Source of the DNA: Lingula anatina
Lineage: Eukaryota > Animalia > Brachiopoda
Assembly (NCBI GenBank): GCA_051362555.1
Contig: CM120649.1
Coordinates: forward strand, 4,774,001 to 4,838,000
DNA length: 64,000 bases
Direction of reading: 5' to 3'
The notes under the pieces are model-generated. The model was not told where the DNA came from. It did no database searches and saw nothing but the letters and a program-made list of their open reading frames with translations. The number at the start of each line of letters is the position of its first letter. Within the stretch, counting starts at the first letter, position 1. The position numbers and the translations under genes are program-made. This document shows, piece after piece, positions 1 to 11,743 of the stretch.

Positions 1-243
1 AGAATGAAGGACAATAGGTGGACAATCAGGCTTACAGAATGGACCCCAAGGTATGGACAAAGGAAAAGAGGATGGCCGGTCAAACGATGGAGGGATGAAT
101 TAGATGACTACTGGAAGTCTTGGAAGAAGAAACCTTGGCCAAACTGGAAATCTGAGGCTCGGGATATGAAACAATGGAAAAAGCATGCTGAGGCCTTTGT
201 CCAACAGTGGAACACTATAGGCTCTAAATGATGATGATGATGA
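1..243 (+). mobile_element. 3' end of an RTE-clade non-LTR retrotransposon (C-terminal ORF fragment plus (TGA)n tail)
   Basis: ORF 4-231 WTIRLTEWTPR..RKRGWPVKRWRDEL..W...ARD...WK...EAFVQQW resembles the typical RTE ORF C-terminus; the stop codon runs directly into (tga)5 at 229-243. Confidence 0.85.
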
Positions 244-699
244 AAACGACACCCTGCATATTAGAATCGCGTTGTATTCTACTAAAAAAAATAAAGGGTC
301 TTTTGCATTTTAGATGAAGAAGTTTGACTCATCCTTACTGTTTTATAATATGAGCACTTTTAAGACAAGGTCATTATTACAGGGGTATGTATTGGTTGGC
401 ATTTGTATTTTAATAAAGAGAATTGGAGGAAACAGGATTGTGTCGGAAGTGCAATTTTTACATATGTGCAATCTGATATGCCTATATCCAAGTATTGTTT
501 TGTATTACGGTAAGTGCTGCAATTATAACGATGTTTGAGTGTCCTTAAAGGACTTTGGGAAAACCAGGAAGTACATTGCAACTAACAACTACTGTAAATC
601 GCAACGAACCTCGATCGTTGTGCGATGATATATCTTTTTTAATATTCTGACGAGTTTTAGATAGTTAATGTCAAGCTGACATGAAATTCTTAATAAAGG

Positions 700-2100
700 A
701 TAATACTAGTAGACTTGTTACACCGGGGAACGTACTTATCAGTGATCTTATGCCATGACAAAGATGATATTCTGGCAGCCTCTTTTCTGAATTGAAAATC
801 ACAAGCAGTGGAGACTGGTAAGCAATTGCCTTAGGCTGTCAATCAATGGCCTTGAGAACTGGTCAGATTGGATCTTATCTACCTGTCAGAAGCGCTTTTC
901 CAACTGAGTATTGAATAATAATTAATGTCAATCAGTCGTCTTGAAAAATTATTATCTCATAATCATATTACTGTCAGATTTGTGATCACCTTACCTAAAT
1001 TTTTTTTCGTCTTCTTGGAAAGGTAATATTGTTATCTTATCAGTGTAAAACTTCACCATATAAATGTTTGGCGAATTCATCACATTTAGTATACATTCTT
1101 GCAAAACATATGTAGTTCACTTTACCTCTCGTTTTTCTAAAGATGCAGAAAAATTAGAAACATTAGAAATTGGAAACAGCATAGTCACGATAGAGGTTAA
1201 AAACCTAGGGGTAATTTTGATAACAGGTGTGATATGGCAATGGCCGTGGGTTTTGAATGTTTTTTGTTGTCATTCCTGGTAATGGAAAGAGTAGAGGTGG
1301 ATCTGCTGGACCTGGTGAGATTGGACGAACTTGGATTGAGCATAGAGTTAAAATATGAAAGGCATTCACCTCTGGTGAATTTAAAAACAAACAGCAGTTA
1401 TTTAAAAACAATTCTCTGTCGTACTGTAAGCCAATGTAGTTCGAATAAGATAGATGAAATGTTTCATCTGAGAGGGGATTTGGTCAGTAGTCGTACTGCA
1501 GCATTTTGGACAGATTGCAGTTTTTCAATTTGATAGGTAGGAAGACCATACAGTAGACTGTTTTTTTCGTAGTCAAGATGTGAACTTGTGAGGGCATGGA
1601 CAAGCCTGTCCATTTGACATAACATAACCTCAAAGATTAATTCGGTAATTTTAATTGACACGGTTGTTAGGTAAAATGTAGTTTTATCTATGGGTATGTT
1701 ATTCAATCTCATTAAACATAATTTGCTCAAGTGAGTATCTCGAGATTTTAAGGTGAGCAATTCAGTGATGTCATGCTTCGTTTTATGTAAGCTCTGTTAG
1801 CCTGCTCGTAAACGCTTTTGATGTGTGAATAGTTTTCAAGATTGACGAGATAGATTGATCGGTGTCAAGTATATCTTTTAAGACAATTGAACAGATCACT
1901 ACAAAAACTAGTCTACATGTAAAGAAAGATAAACACTATAGGGCGCCATCATAGATTTTAGAGGAAACTGTTAGTTTGAAAGTCATCAACTTTTATTTAA
2001 TATAAAAGACTATAAAATCAGTTTTAGATAATTTCGTGGTATTCTGTTGTAGTGATTTCATTCAGCTTTAAGATGTCTTTTTTATCATTTTGATAGCTGT
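700..2100. mobile_element. Highly decayed L2/CR1-like LINE fragments in both orientations
   Basis: Minus strand 1464-1640 gives [37 protein letters not shown], typical of L2/CR1 post-RT sequence; plus strand ~1160-1220 gives LEIGNSIVTIEVKNLGVIL. Boundaries are approximate. Confidence 0.65.
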
Positions 2101-2314
2101 TTTGGTTTTAGAGAAAATCTCAAAACCGAAAACGGTATTTTTCTCCCCAAAATGCCGCTAGTGCTGGACACTGCGCTTATAGGATTTTTGGGAAGTATGT
2201 TTTACTTTTTAAAACAGCAAGAAGAACAGGGGCGTTATTTTTGTGACTTTATCCGTTTTGTCATTACCCGCCTTTAATCTAGCGACATCAGTTGATGGAC
2301 CCGCAGCGTGCTGT

Positions 2315-2550
2315 TGAGTGCGTTCAGAACAAGCTGATCCTCGGAATAACAGATCCGCAGTTCAAATATGACCGACCCACTTAAAAGCAATGCCGACTAA
2401 TGTCCTGATGGTAAGGTCGCCTCCTTTCAGGGGCCTAGCAATTTAATCTCGGAACCGAGATTTAATCCGTGTAATGGCTCCTGTTGGGACCATCAGGGAA
2501 TTAAGTGGCGGATTAGTTAGTCCTCGGATTCTCTGTTCTGAATGCATTCT
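2315..2550. mobile_element. MITE related to family A (Harbinger/Tourist-like)
   Basis: Termini gagtgcgttcagaac ... gttctgaatgcattc; internal taacagatc...caaatatg..c.acccact shared with copies at 27720, 37938, 41724 and 52627. Confidence 0.7.
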
Positions 2551-2646
2551 TATACTAAATATATTTAATTTTATGCCATATCAAAAGCAATGAGTAAAAC
2601 AACATATGTAATAGACACACCATCAAATATGCCAACGTGAAGGCAT

Positions 2647-3228
2647 CTACTGTATAGAATGTAACTTACACATGAAGCAATGCTGTATCTCGTTACTCTG
2701 TGGACTAAACACCAGGGCTTCTTCGCTACTGCCAAACAGTAAGTTCCCATATTTTGCTCGGACTCTGATTGTAGTGTTCCTTTTTGGAAGTTCCTCAAGA
2801 TGGTCAAAATGTAAATGACAATTGTAATTTGTTCCTTCCAGCTTCCAATCTCCCCTTTTTTGTATATCATGATTTGTCAAGTAAACCACGGCGTCCTCCT
2901 TAATGAGTGGGAAAATGCGCGACAGACATGAATGTTGCTCCGAAAACTCGCACTTCAGAACGGCTACGTTTGATTCGGCAATTTCAGTTATTGATTGTAA
3001 TTGGGGGGCTTTGGCTACGCGTACACGGCAAATCCATTTCATGAATTCAAGAAACACACTTTTCTTCGCAAATATCCAAGCCAATACGTCAGCAATTACA
3101 GGGACCATCCAACATAAAAATGTCCATGCTTTTGGTAATACGTAAGAGAGAATATACCTTATAGATTCCCACGACACCAATGCATTAAAAGGGTTCACGG
3201 ACACAGTCGTGCCGTTTGTAACTTCCAT
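2647..3228 (-). CDS. Intronless 193-aa hypothetical protein: N-terminal hydrophobic/TM segment plus fibronectin type III-like domain
   Basis: 582-nt ORF; strong start context (ataATGG); ATTAAA at 2564-2569 downstream; C-terminal pattern W..EGT...CHLHF..L..LP..TTIRVRAKYG...GSSEE resembles FN3 strands C'-G. Confidence 0.5.
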   Translation of the reverse strand: MEVTNGTTVSVNPFNALVSWESIRYILSYVLPKAWTFLCWMVPVIADVLAWIFAKKSVFLEFMKWICRVRVAKAPQLQSITEIAESNVAVLKCEFSEQHSCLSRIFPLIKEDAVVYLTNHDIQKRGDWKLEGTNYNCHLHFDHLEELPKRNTTIRVRAKYGNLLFGSSEEALVFSPQSNEIQHCFMCKLHSIQ

Positions 3229-3348
3229 TATTACAGCATGAACCCTGACTATGTAAGATAGATCAAAGTCCTGACTGAAACAATTAAAAATGGCTGCCGC
3301 ATCGACCTATCAATGCACGCACACCCTATCAAACAGACATTCGTCCTT

Positions 3349-3392
3349 TATCTAGAAGTGTCGTCCTCGATTAAGGACGACACTTCTAGATA
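3349..3392. repeat. Perfect 19-bp stem, 6-nt loop inverted repeat
   Basis: tatctagaagtgtcgtcct-cgatta-aggacgacacttctagata. Confidence 0.9.
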
Positions 3393-3520
3393 GCCAACCT
3401 GTTTTCCGGTAGGGGTTATCGCTTTAGCAACCTACATGGTTATGATTAAATGCAAACTTTGCTGCGATAAGGTTTTGATACAGGGCAGTAAACCTGCCAA
3501 ATAGACTAGTATACTGAGCG

Positions 3521-5618
3521 AAAAAAATGGCCTAACCCAGGACAAATTACAAAAAATTGTAATGATGTTTTTTAGAAAGCTAAATATCCCAATTTTAACA
3601 TATTAAAAATCTAGAAAAATCTAAGTAGTGGAAAATGGTTTTTAGGGCAGTTTTCCAAGATGGCCGCCAATATATTAAGTCTCTATAGGTAAAGGGGGTC
3701 TTTATTTTTTAGGAGTATTTTTGATGGAATAAATGGGGTTAAGACCTTGAAATATATCCAGGCTTAGAGACAAAGACCTTTTTGTTTAAAAGAAAAGCAT
3801 ATTTGATAAGAATTATTTACCAAAGGTCATTGGCTTAGGGTCAAAGGTCAGGCAAAGGTCATTTGTATAGATTTTTACCTGAAATATTGCCTTAAAGTTT
3901 GCAATAAATGTTTTTGAAACTTTTTAGGTGTTTATTACAATTATTACATCACTCACAACAAATCTATGAAGTTTGGCTGCAAAATATGTATTTTTAGGAG
4001 AAATATGAGACAAATTGTGAAAAATCAGATGAATAAAAAGTATGTATAAATGTATAGGGTACCTGTAGGTATTAAATGTTGACTTCTCTTCATTCTGGGG
4101 ACAAATATTTCTATGTAAATGTCATATAATATATAGAAAACACTTGTTTTTTTTAACATTTTCTTCTTACACCATCTACATTCCAGTTCAATGCATTTTT
4201 CAATATGGCCGCCAGTAAGTGCATTCATAAGGTTTTTATAAGACATAATTTTTTGAACGTTTTTTTCAGTAGGGACTTATTTAAAAAAATGTAATGAGGT
4301 ATTTCAGAAAGCTTAATATCCAAATTTAAACATAATAAAAATCTAGAAAAATCTAAGTTGTGGAAAAAGGTTTTTAAGGCAGCTTTTCCAAGATGGCCGC
4401 CATTATATTGCGTCACTGTAAGTAAATGGTGTTGTTTAATTTAGATAGAAAAACCTAAAACCTCGAAATACACAGAAAGTTTAAGAAAGGACCTATTCAC
4501 CGAAAAAAAAGCTTATTTAATAGGAATTATTCACTAAAGGTCACTGTCTCAAAGTTCAGGCAAAGACCATTTCTAGAGATTTTCCCTAAAGTGTTGCCTA
4601 AAATTGCAAATTATGTTTTTGAAGATAGGCAATTGAATTTGTTTGGGTGTTAAATATAATCATTATTTCATTCACAACAACCCTGTGAAGTTTGGCTTCA
4701 AATATGGCCATTTAGGAAAAATATGAGTTTAAGTGTGAAAAATCAGACAAATAAGGATTCCGACAGGATAGGACTTCTTTTCATTCTGGGAACAAAAATT
4801 TCTTTGCTAATATCATAAATATATGATATATGAAAAACACTTGTTTGTTTGTTTGTTTGTTTTTGTATTATTTAGTGAATCATAATCTTCTGAGCCTTGT
4901 CCCAAAGCCATAATTGCTCGCAATGTCTTGCTTTTTTCTTGCTTTTCAAGTGAAATCTAGGTCATCCCTGGTGAAGACTGTTAGGTACTAAATGACTGGT
5001 CAGTTATTTTTAACTAAGATTCAAATGGAATAAGACATTGAACTAAGTGTAGGGACAGGATGGCAATACATTTTAAAGGAAATAATGTCGTTTACCTCAG
5101 GCAAGTTTATTTTGGTGCATGAATTGGATAAAGAGCTCCTTTAAAATCATTTTATTTAATTTATGTCCTGGCCAATCTATTACTACAACAAAAAGTGGTA
5201 AAAGACCATAAATGTACTTTTGAGCTTATTTTTTATTCAATTTTTTTCTTCAAATTTGGTAATTTGTATCCGCCATTTTATTTTTGGCGGCCATATTGTA
5301 ATTTTGTTGAGGCTATCTGCATTTGATTTATTTGGAGAGAAGTGGCACAACATCCCTTTATGCATTTTGTACCATTTTAACAAGCTTTTGTTGAAACCAC
5401 CTGGAGCAAATCTGCACCTAATAACTGTAGATCTCTGTACTGGTGGCCATTTTTGATTTTCCCCAAAAAATACCTTTTCCACTACTTGGATTTTTCTAGA
5501 TTTTTAATATGATCATATGGACCACTCAAAGACTAAAAAAAAAACATACTACAATTTTTTTGCAATTAGTCCCGGGTTAAACCATTTTTTGACAAAATGT
5601 GTGACCTAATGTGCCGTG
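3521..5618. mobile_element. Non-autonomous DNA transposon with ~125-bp imperfect (sub)terminal inverted repeats and an internal direct duplication
   Basis: 3521-3647 is reverse-complementary to 5461-5590; 3576-4150 is repeated at 4307-4848; multiple CAA(G/T)ATGGCCGCC motifs. Confidence 0.75.
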
Positions 5619-5632
5619 CACTGCATAGATGC

Positions 5633-5636
<4 letters not shown>

Positions 5637-5673
<37 letters not shown>
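5637..5673. repeat. (AAAT)n microsatellite
   Basis: Direct reading. Confidence 0.95.
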
Positions 5674-6299
5674 CAATTATCGCTGGAAAATGTATTTTAA
5701 AATAATTTGTTAGTGTAATTAGTGTTGTAAGTTTTGATACAAAAGATCAAATGGTTTTCCACTTATATTGTTATCTCTGGATCTGGAAATGTACTGCAAC
5801 GGCGACAACGACGGCAACGACAGACACAGATGATGGATGTGACGGTACATTAATTGGATATTAGATTCAAACCCCAGCATTATACTGCATTTTACATTAC
5901 TTTTATTTAACAAAAACTTTACAGCGACCGTGGCGTCCTCAGCGATACTTGAACGTTCTGTGTCCGATCGAAGCGATCACCGTGCTTCCTTTGAGCGTCT
6001 AACAGGAACCTCATTAGTTTTATGGTCGCACAAAGAACGCACAAAGGGCGCCTTCCAGCGTTAAGGGGGTTTAGAACATGGTCAAATTTAAACATCATTT
6101 CAGCTGTGTTGAAATATGTGTTTTGTGGTTATATCTAACTGAATGTATTGTTAAAAGTAACCCAAATGTTAACCGCTTGGATTGGTTAGAGGCCAACTGA
6201 TTTTGATACAGTTAGGTCAGCTGAATATAACGCAGTCAAGAGCCTGCAAGCGTTATATAAAATCACCAAATTATTTTGAAAACATAAAACGCTAGTGAT

Positions 6300-8923
6300 A
6301 TTATTTTACCAGAAATATTTATTTTCAATTATTAAGTCCAGTTGCTACATGTACAATCTACGTATCGGCAAAACAAAACAATGTCTGAAACACCTATCAG
6401 TGATAGCAAACTAATGTTGACGGTACTATACGGTTAATTTCTACAGACATTAACTCTTTTCCTGAAAAAAAAATGAAATTCAAAATGATATTCTATCGAA
6501 AATCAAGATGATTTAAGAACAAAATATTTACAATTTTACTGAATGGCCAAGAAAGTCCCCTTTTAAAATTTGCCTCAAAATAATCTACATGAAAATATTT
6601 TTTAAAAATACCATTGAAAAAAAAAACCCCTTCCAACCTGGTCAAACAGAGGATGAATCAATTACAGAAAATGCAAACACGACAAGACTGTAAGGTGGGG
6701 GTACCAATTCCATACTGCAGTGGCGATGATCACTTGAATCGCGATGAACTGAGGTCTGAGAATCATTTTTGCTCCTTACTTTGGTACATTTACTACATAA
6801 TTAGCTTTTCAAATCAAGTTTTTAAAAAAAATGAAGACATGAAAAAAATCAGCTAACACTAAAAAAAAAAAAAAAAAAACATAATTAACAGATTATTAAT
6901 TCTTAGTATCAGCTGTAACTAGGTCTTTTTTTCAATTTGCCAACACTTTGGAGGTGGACTGAATGGTAGAGAAAGACACAATAGCAGATGTGATACATTA
7001 AATGACCTCAGCTTCAACACAAACTTAGTTCAAGTATATAACTGGCAAAAGCAAACAAATACCCCCCCACCCACAGAAAAATCAGTTTTTCATAGTACCC
7101 CCTTATAAAAGATTACAACAAAACGATATACCTTGTTTACCCTATATGCTGAAATATAAACATGCAGATTTCAGTTTACCAAGTGGGTCAGAGAATGAAC
7201 CAGAATTTCTTGCATTTCTACAATGTATTTACGACTTAATGAGCATACATTACACAAGGTTAGAGGATGTTAGATGAACCTGTGTTCAAAATAAGCTAAG
7301 CTACAAAAAATTAGAGGTAGGGACTTAGAAAAGAAAAGGTGTCACCTATTTACAAAATGTACAAAAATGAGCAACTGAAGAATTATCAGCGGAAAAAGAT
7401 AAAGAAAATAAATGAATCATGCTTTTTACTACATTTGATTAATTCTGATCCAGTATCTCTTGGATATCTACACTAGTGTCTCCACCTGGTGATAAGCCAC
7501 AAACAGATGTGTCTCCAGCTAGTGATTTATACATTAACTAATGGTACCCATGGGGATAACTTATATATACACACTTTACCATCAGTTTAACAATTCCAAA
7601 TCTATAATTTAACTTAGCCATTTATTTAAACAAGCATGGGTATTTTGTATGGGCATCCCTTAATAATGATATCAATAAACAGCTTTACAGCCAACACACT
7701 GCACCTCTTGTGCTCAACAGAAGAACTGTGCAAAACTACAAACCATGCCATGAAATTAACATCTACTTTCAATATGCAATATTTCAAGCAAAATTATTCC
7801 ATGTAAAAATATGCCATTTAATTTGCAAATGTTATCTTTAAACTAACAAACCCATGTCCTAAATGACCTATATCTCAAGTATAAATACTCTTAAAAATGG
7901 TTGGCCTGAATAGAAGACCCATTATTAACAACTGTGCCTCGTATTGAATAATAAATATCTCATATACACATATATAACTTTGTTATTAGCTTAATGTTTA
8001 TGCATCACTCCAGTGTATACATTTCTGGACTGCACCATGTTATTATGTTTTAAATATAAAATTAACCCTTATCATTTACACTGGTCATTAACAAGCATAT
8101 AGATTGGTAGAAAATGTTGAGATCTTAACATTTGTGTATGGAACACTTCCATAATTAATATATAATTTACCGTTGGCAGTGTTAGAGCTTGTACTTATTG
8201 CTCTTGTATACATATTCATATCATATATTATATATGTGTGTATATTTCCTTGAGGTACTCAAAGCTGTATATAAGCATCGTTGTTGTTGCTTTAGGTTGG
8301 CTGCAATAGTAATGGCATTGCATTATGGCTCCAAACTTGGTTCTATACCTTTACCCAGGAGCATCATGTTTAAGAATATCATAACCATCAATACTTTAAG
8401 CATAGTGATTAGGAGATATATAAAGTAAACATTTTTAAAGAATAAATACTATGTGTATTCATCAGTACATAATTTTAGCATAAAGAGGGTGAGGTCCATA
8501 TTCTTCCTCTGGTAATCAGTGCCACAGGATGAAAGCAATATCTTTCATTGGATAGGTATATCTTGCTTTGTGCTGCCATCTATCTATCCATTCATCCAAA
8601 ATGGGAGCACTAGCAGAAGACACCTAAGTGTTATCCACAATAATCATAGCCAGCAAAATGATCTTTTCTGAATTATAACAAAGCAGCTCGCAAAGAATAA
8701 GTTTTTTTATAACAACACTGCCTTCTACACTGCTACTAGATACCCCACCTAAACGGAAGTTTACTTAATGCTGTCATAGTCCTCTTTGTCTAGGGACAGC
8801 CACATCACATTTTGCTCTTTGCCCCAGAGTTCCTTGAGATCTTTGGTGTAAGCTGATATTGTAGTCACATGATCAAACTCTCAGCCAATCACAATGAAGA
8901 AATGTCACATGATCAGCCAGTCA
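6300..8923 (-). other. KDM6A: Putative ~2.6-kb 3' UTR of KDM6A/UTX
   Basis: U-rich, repeat-free sequence after the stop; candidate AATAAA (plus-strand tttatt) at 6318-6323. The 3' end is inferred only. Confidence 0.45.
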
Positions 8924-8956
8924 TCATGAGGAGGAGGCAGTTATAGCACTCTTTTG
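8924..8956 (-). CDS. KDM6A: KDM6A/UTX last coding exon (QKSAITASSS*)
   Basis: ttttttattgcag acceptor, phase 0, tandem TGA TGA; Ser-rich end as in vertebrate UTX. Confidence 0.8.
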   Translation of the reverse strand, partial: QKSAITASSS

Positions 8957-9329
8957 CTGCAATAAAAAAATTAAGTAAAAATGTTGGTGTGAGCGTTAAA
9001 GATTTGATGCAATAATAATAACAACAAAAATAATAATATCTTGTAGTGCTGTAGCATTTGCTGTAGTTAAATTTTGCTAAAATCCCCCACAAGAAGTATT
9101 TCTCTGAAAAGGAGACAGATTTTGAGGCAAAAATACTTCTTCTTTTATAGTAATTATCTAGTTTAAGGAGAACACTTTTCTTCCTTTACTAAGAAGAGAG
9201 AGTTACTAATCCACCAGGCATCTAATTTTTTTCGGTTGGAAGATGGTCAAAAGTGGAGGCTACGTCAACAAAGATCATTTGGAAAATTGTCCGAAAATAT
9301 ATTTGTATCTGCCCCTGTGTTTTGCTCAC

Positions 9330-9497
9330 CTGATGCAACTGAAAGTTATCATAGACCTCCATCAGGTCATCCATGGTGTACTGATTGAGGACAATGAAGC
9401 CTTCCAGAGTAGAGCTGGTCTTCCTGGCACAGTCCAGGCAGTGCACATGGAACTTCTTCTCTTGCTCAATCACAAACAGGATGTTGAAGACCTCAAT
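9330..9497 (-). CDS. KDM6A: KDM6A/UTX exon, Zn-binding domain (IEVFNILFV...VHCLDCARK...YDNFQLHQ)
   Basis: cag acceptor, gtgag donor, 168 nt, CxxC motif. Confidence 0.96.
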
Positions 9498-9924
9498 CTG
9501 TTGAAGTTAAAGTGGAATTGAAATCGTTGTCAAGAACAGGGCATTCTTAATCCAGAAAGAATATCAAATTACTATAATTTAAGCAGTGTAGATGTAGCTC
9601 ATCTAGCTCAATGAAAAACTGTATTTCAAAAATATCAATCTGAACAATTGAAAGAATCCAGTCTGTGTTGTGAATTAAAGTTTTAATTTAATTTTAACTT
9701 TAGAATTATAATTACAATTCAAGCAAATAAAGAAAAATAATAAAAGGAAAAGAAACATTCATCTGCCTCCAACTGCAAACAGAATACTGAATAACTTAAT
9801 TCATAAATTTGAAGTAAAACAGAAACTAAGGTTAAGAAATCGTATCTGAGAGGTACAAAATATATTCTGATACATCTCATTGAAATACAATCCCAAAACG
9901 ACACTGGCACAAGTGTCCCCTCAC

Positions 9925-10051
9925 CTCACATATATTACAGTAATAAGCAGCCTCCCCCTTGGACCTCCCGTGCCACTTAGCTTCCAGACCCAGGGTCTTT
10001 ATATACTCCAGTGTCATCTGGCACTGCTTCAAGGTACGCAGGAGACAGTAT
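9925..10051 (-). CDS. KDM6A: KDM6A/UTX exon ([11 protein letters not shown]...WHGR...AAYYCNICE)
   Basis: cag/gtgag, 127 nt, first CxxC of the Zn domain. Confidence 0.96.
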
Positions 10052-10485
10052 CTGGAAAATATCAATTTGTTTGATGCAAATGCTAGCTTTTTCCTCATAT
10101 GTTCATCCCTCCTGTTTTAAAAATAGTTCTGGTGTTAACCTTCACAATGCCTGGATGAATACTGTTCTGTAAGTGTTCTTTAAAAGAAGACTTTGTTATA
10201 ACTGGAAGTAATCTGGGTTAAAATGTACACGAATAAGAAATGCCATGCTTAGAAACATTTAATCGAAAAGTAAAGGAGCAGAATTTTGATGGGTTACTTG
10301 ACAATGCTCTAACTGGACAGTATCAGTTATTTTCGCACAAATTTAATTTGGATTGAAGTTATTTCTTGCTAAAAAATAAAAATATTCACTTAAATTTCTA
10401 GGGATACATTTTTAGTAATCCCTTGAAAAAATGACTAAACGGTAAAGTTTTGTTAAGACTGTGAGAGAAACTTCCCTCCACTTAC

Positions 10486-10670
10486 TTGATTTGCTCAAAC
10501 AGCTTTGGCTCGGATATTTTCACGTTTCTTGCCAGATTCCAAGACAGGTGAATAATTGGGACTATGGACTTGACGCTCTGTAGTTTGTTCCACTCGTATC
10601 TCTCCACCGCAAGCTGGTACTGGCGGACAGTGAGCGGACCCACATTCCAGGCTATGTTATTACACCAGCC
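10486..10670 (-). CDS. KDM6A: KDM6A/UTX exon ([14 protein letters not shown]...[16 protein letters not shown]...KLFEQIK)
   Basis: tag/gtaag, 185 nt; translated by hand, absent from the ORF track. Confidence 0.96.
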
Positions 10671-10957
10671 CTAGAAATACATCATGTCATTATCAATCCA
10701 ATCATATATAGACATAAAATACATTTATCATTTACCAGATGTTTACCATTAAGGCAGGGTGTATCTGTGTGTGCTACTAGAGAGTGTGCATGTGAGAGAG
10801 AGAAAGAGAGAGGATGGTTAGGGAGTATGTCCGATGGGGGGGACCTTTGTGTACACAAATGTATAACTCTTGTTTATTTGTGCCTATGTGTGTGCGTGCA
10901 TGTGTGAGTGTTTCTGCATGTAAATGTACATCTCCACACAAGCATGTATATACTTAC

Positions 10958-11102
10958 AATAGCCTGTACCCAGTGCACAGTTCCTGAGTTCACCCAGACC
11001 AGGTCTCCTGGTTTTTGGATAAATCTGTACACAGGGATGTTCTCTTCATAGAGATCCTCCAGCAGTGGCCACCAAGACCCTATCAGGTAGTTGATGCCTT
11101 GT
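10958..11102 (-). CDS. KDM6A: KDM6A/UTX exon, JmjC ([40 protein letters not shown])
   Basis: cag/gtaag, 145 nt; contains the distal Fe-binding His. Confidence 0.97.
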
Positions 11103-11151
11103 CTGAAAACACAGAGAGAAACTATAGGGCCTGAGAATAAACTGCTCTTTT

Positions 11152-11338
11152 GATATGAATTCTAGGAAATCTGGATATGAATAATTCTAAGAAGTCTGGT
11201 TATGAATTCTAGATAATCTGGATATGAATTCTAGGAAATATGGATGTGGATTCTAAGAAGTCTGGATATGAACTCTAGATAATCTGGATATGGATTCTAG
11301 ATAGTATGGATATGAATTCTTAGAAGTCTGGATATGAA
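11152..11338. repeat. Intronic minisatellite, ~21-22-bp unit, ~8.5 copies
   Basis: Unit approximately ctggatatgaattctag(g/a)aa(a/g)t. Confidence 0.9.
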
Positions 11339-11528
11339 AAGATGGCTGAGTTTGAAAGTCCAAACGCTAAAAAACTTGTTATAATATTGTAAATCTGGTT
11401 TTGGTAAATTAATGCATTATTTCAAATACTCAAAAAACCTCAAAACCAAGAAAATTTCAATCTCAAACTTAAATACTTCAAGGTCATAAATGCCATTTAA
11501 GCCCCAATCCATTCCATTTAAGACCCAC

Positions 11529-11743
11529 CTTTCACACATGTTATTAATGACTCCCCAGTACTCCTCAGGGACCCCAAACCACTCGCAGTCACCAGGGCCG
11601 ATATTAATATTCACTGAGGCAAAGTTATTGTTCTCCTGGTGCCCCGGGGTTCTACTCCCTGGGACCTTCATGTACAGCTGCACTGTGTTCATCCCCAGGA
11701 TGGTGTGACCCACGTGACTCAGGGCATTGGAGGCAGAAACAAC
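11529..11743 (-). CDS. KDM6A: KDM6A/UTX exon, JmjC ([41 protein letters not shown]...NMCER)
   Basis: cag/gtggg, 215 nt; HxE Fe ligands. Confidence 0.98.

Noticed and set aside
9222-9329. In-frame read-through of the last donor giving an alternative C-terminus
   Set aside because: A good gtgag donor and a plausible terminal exon exist; the extension has no recognisable conservation.
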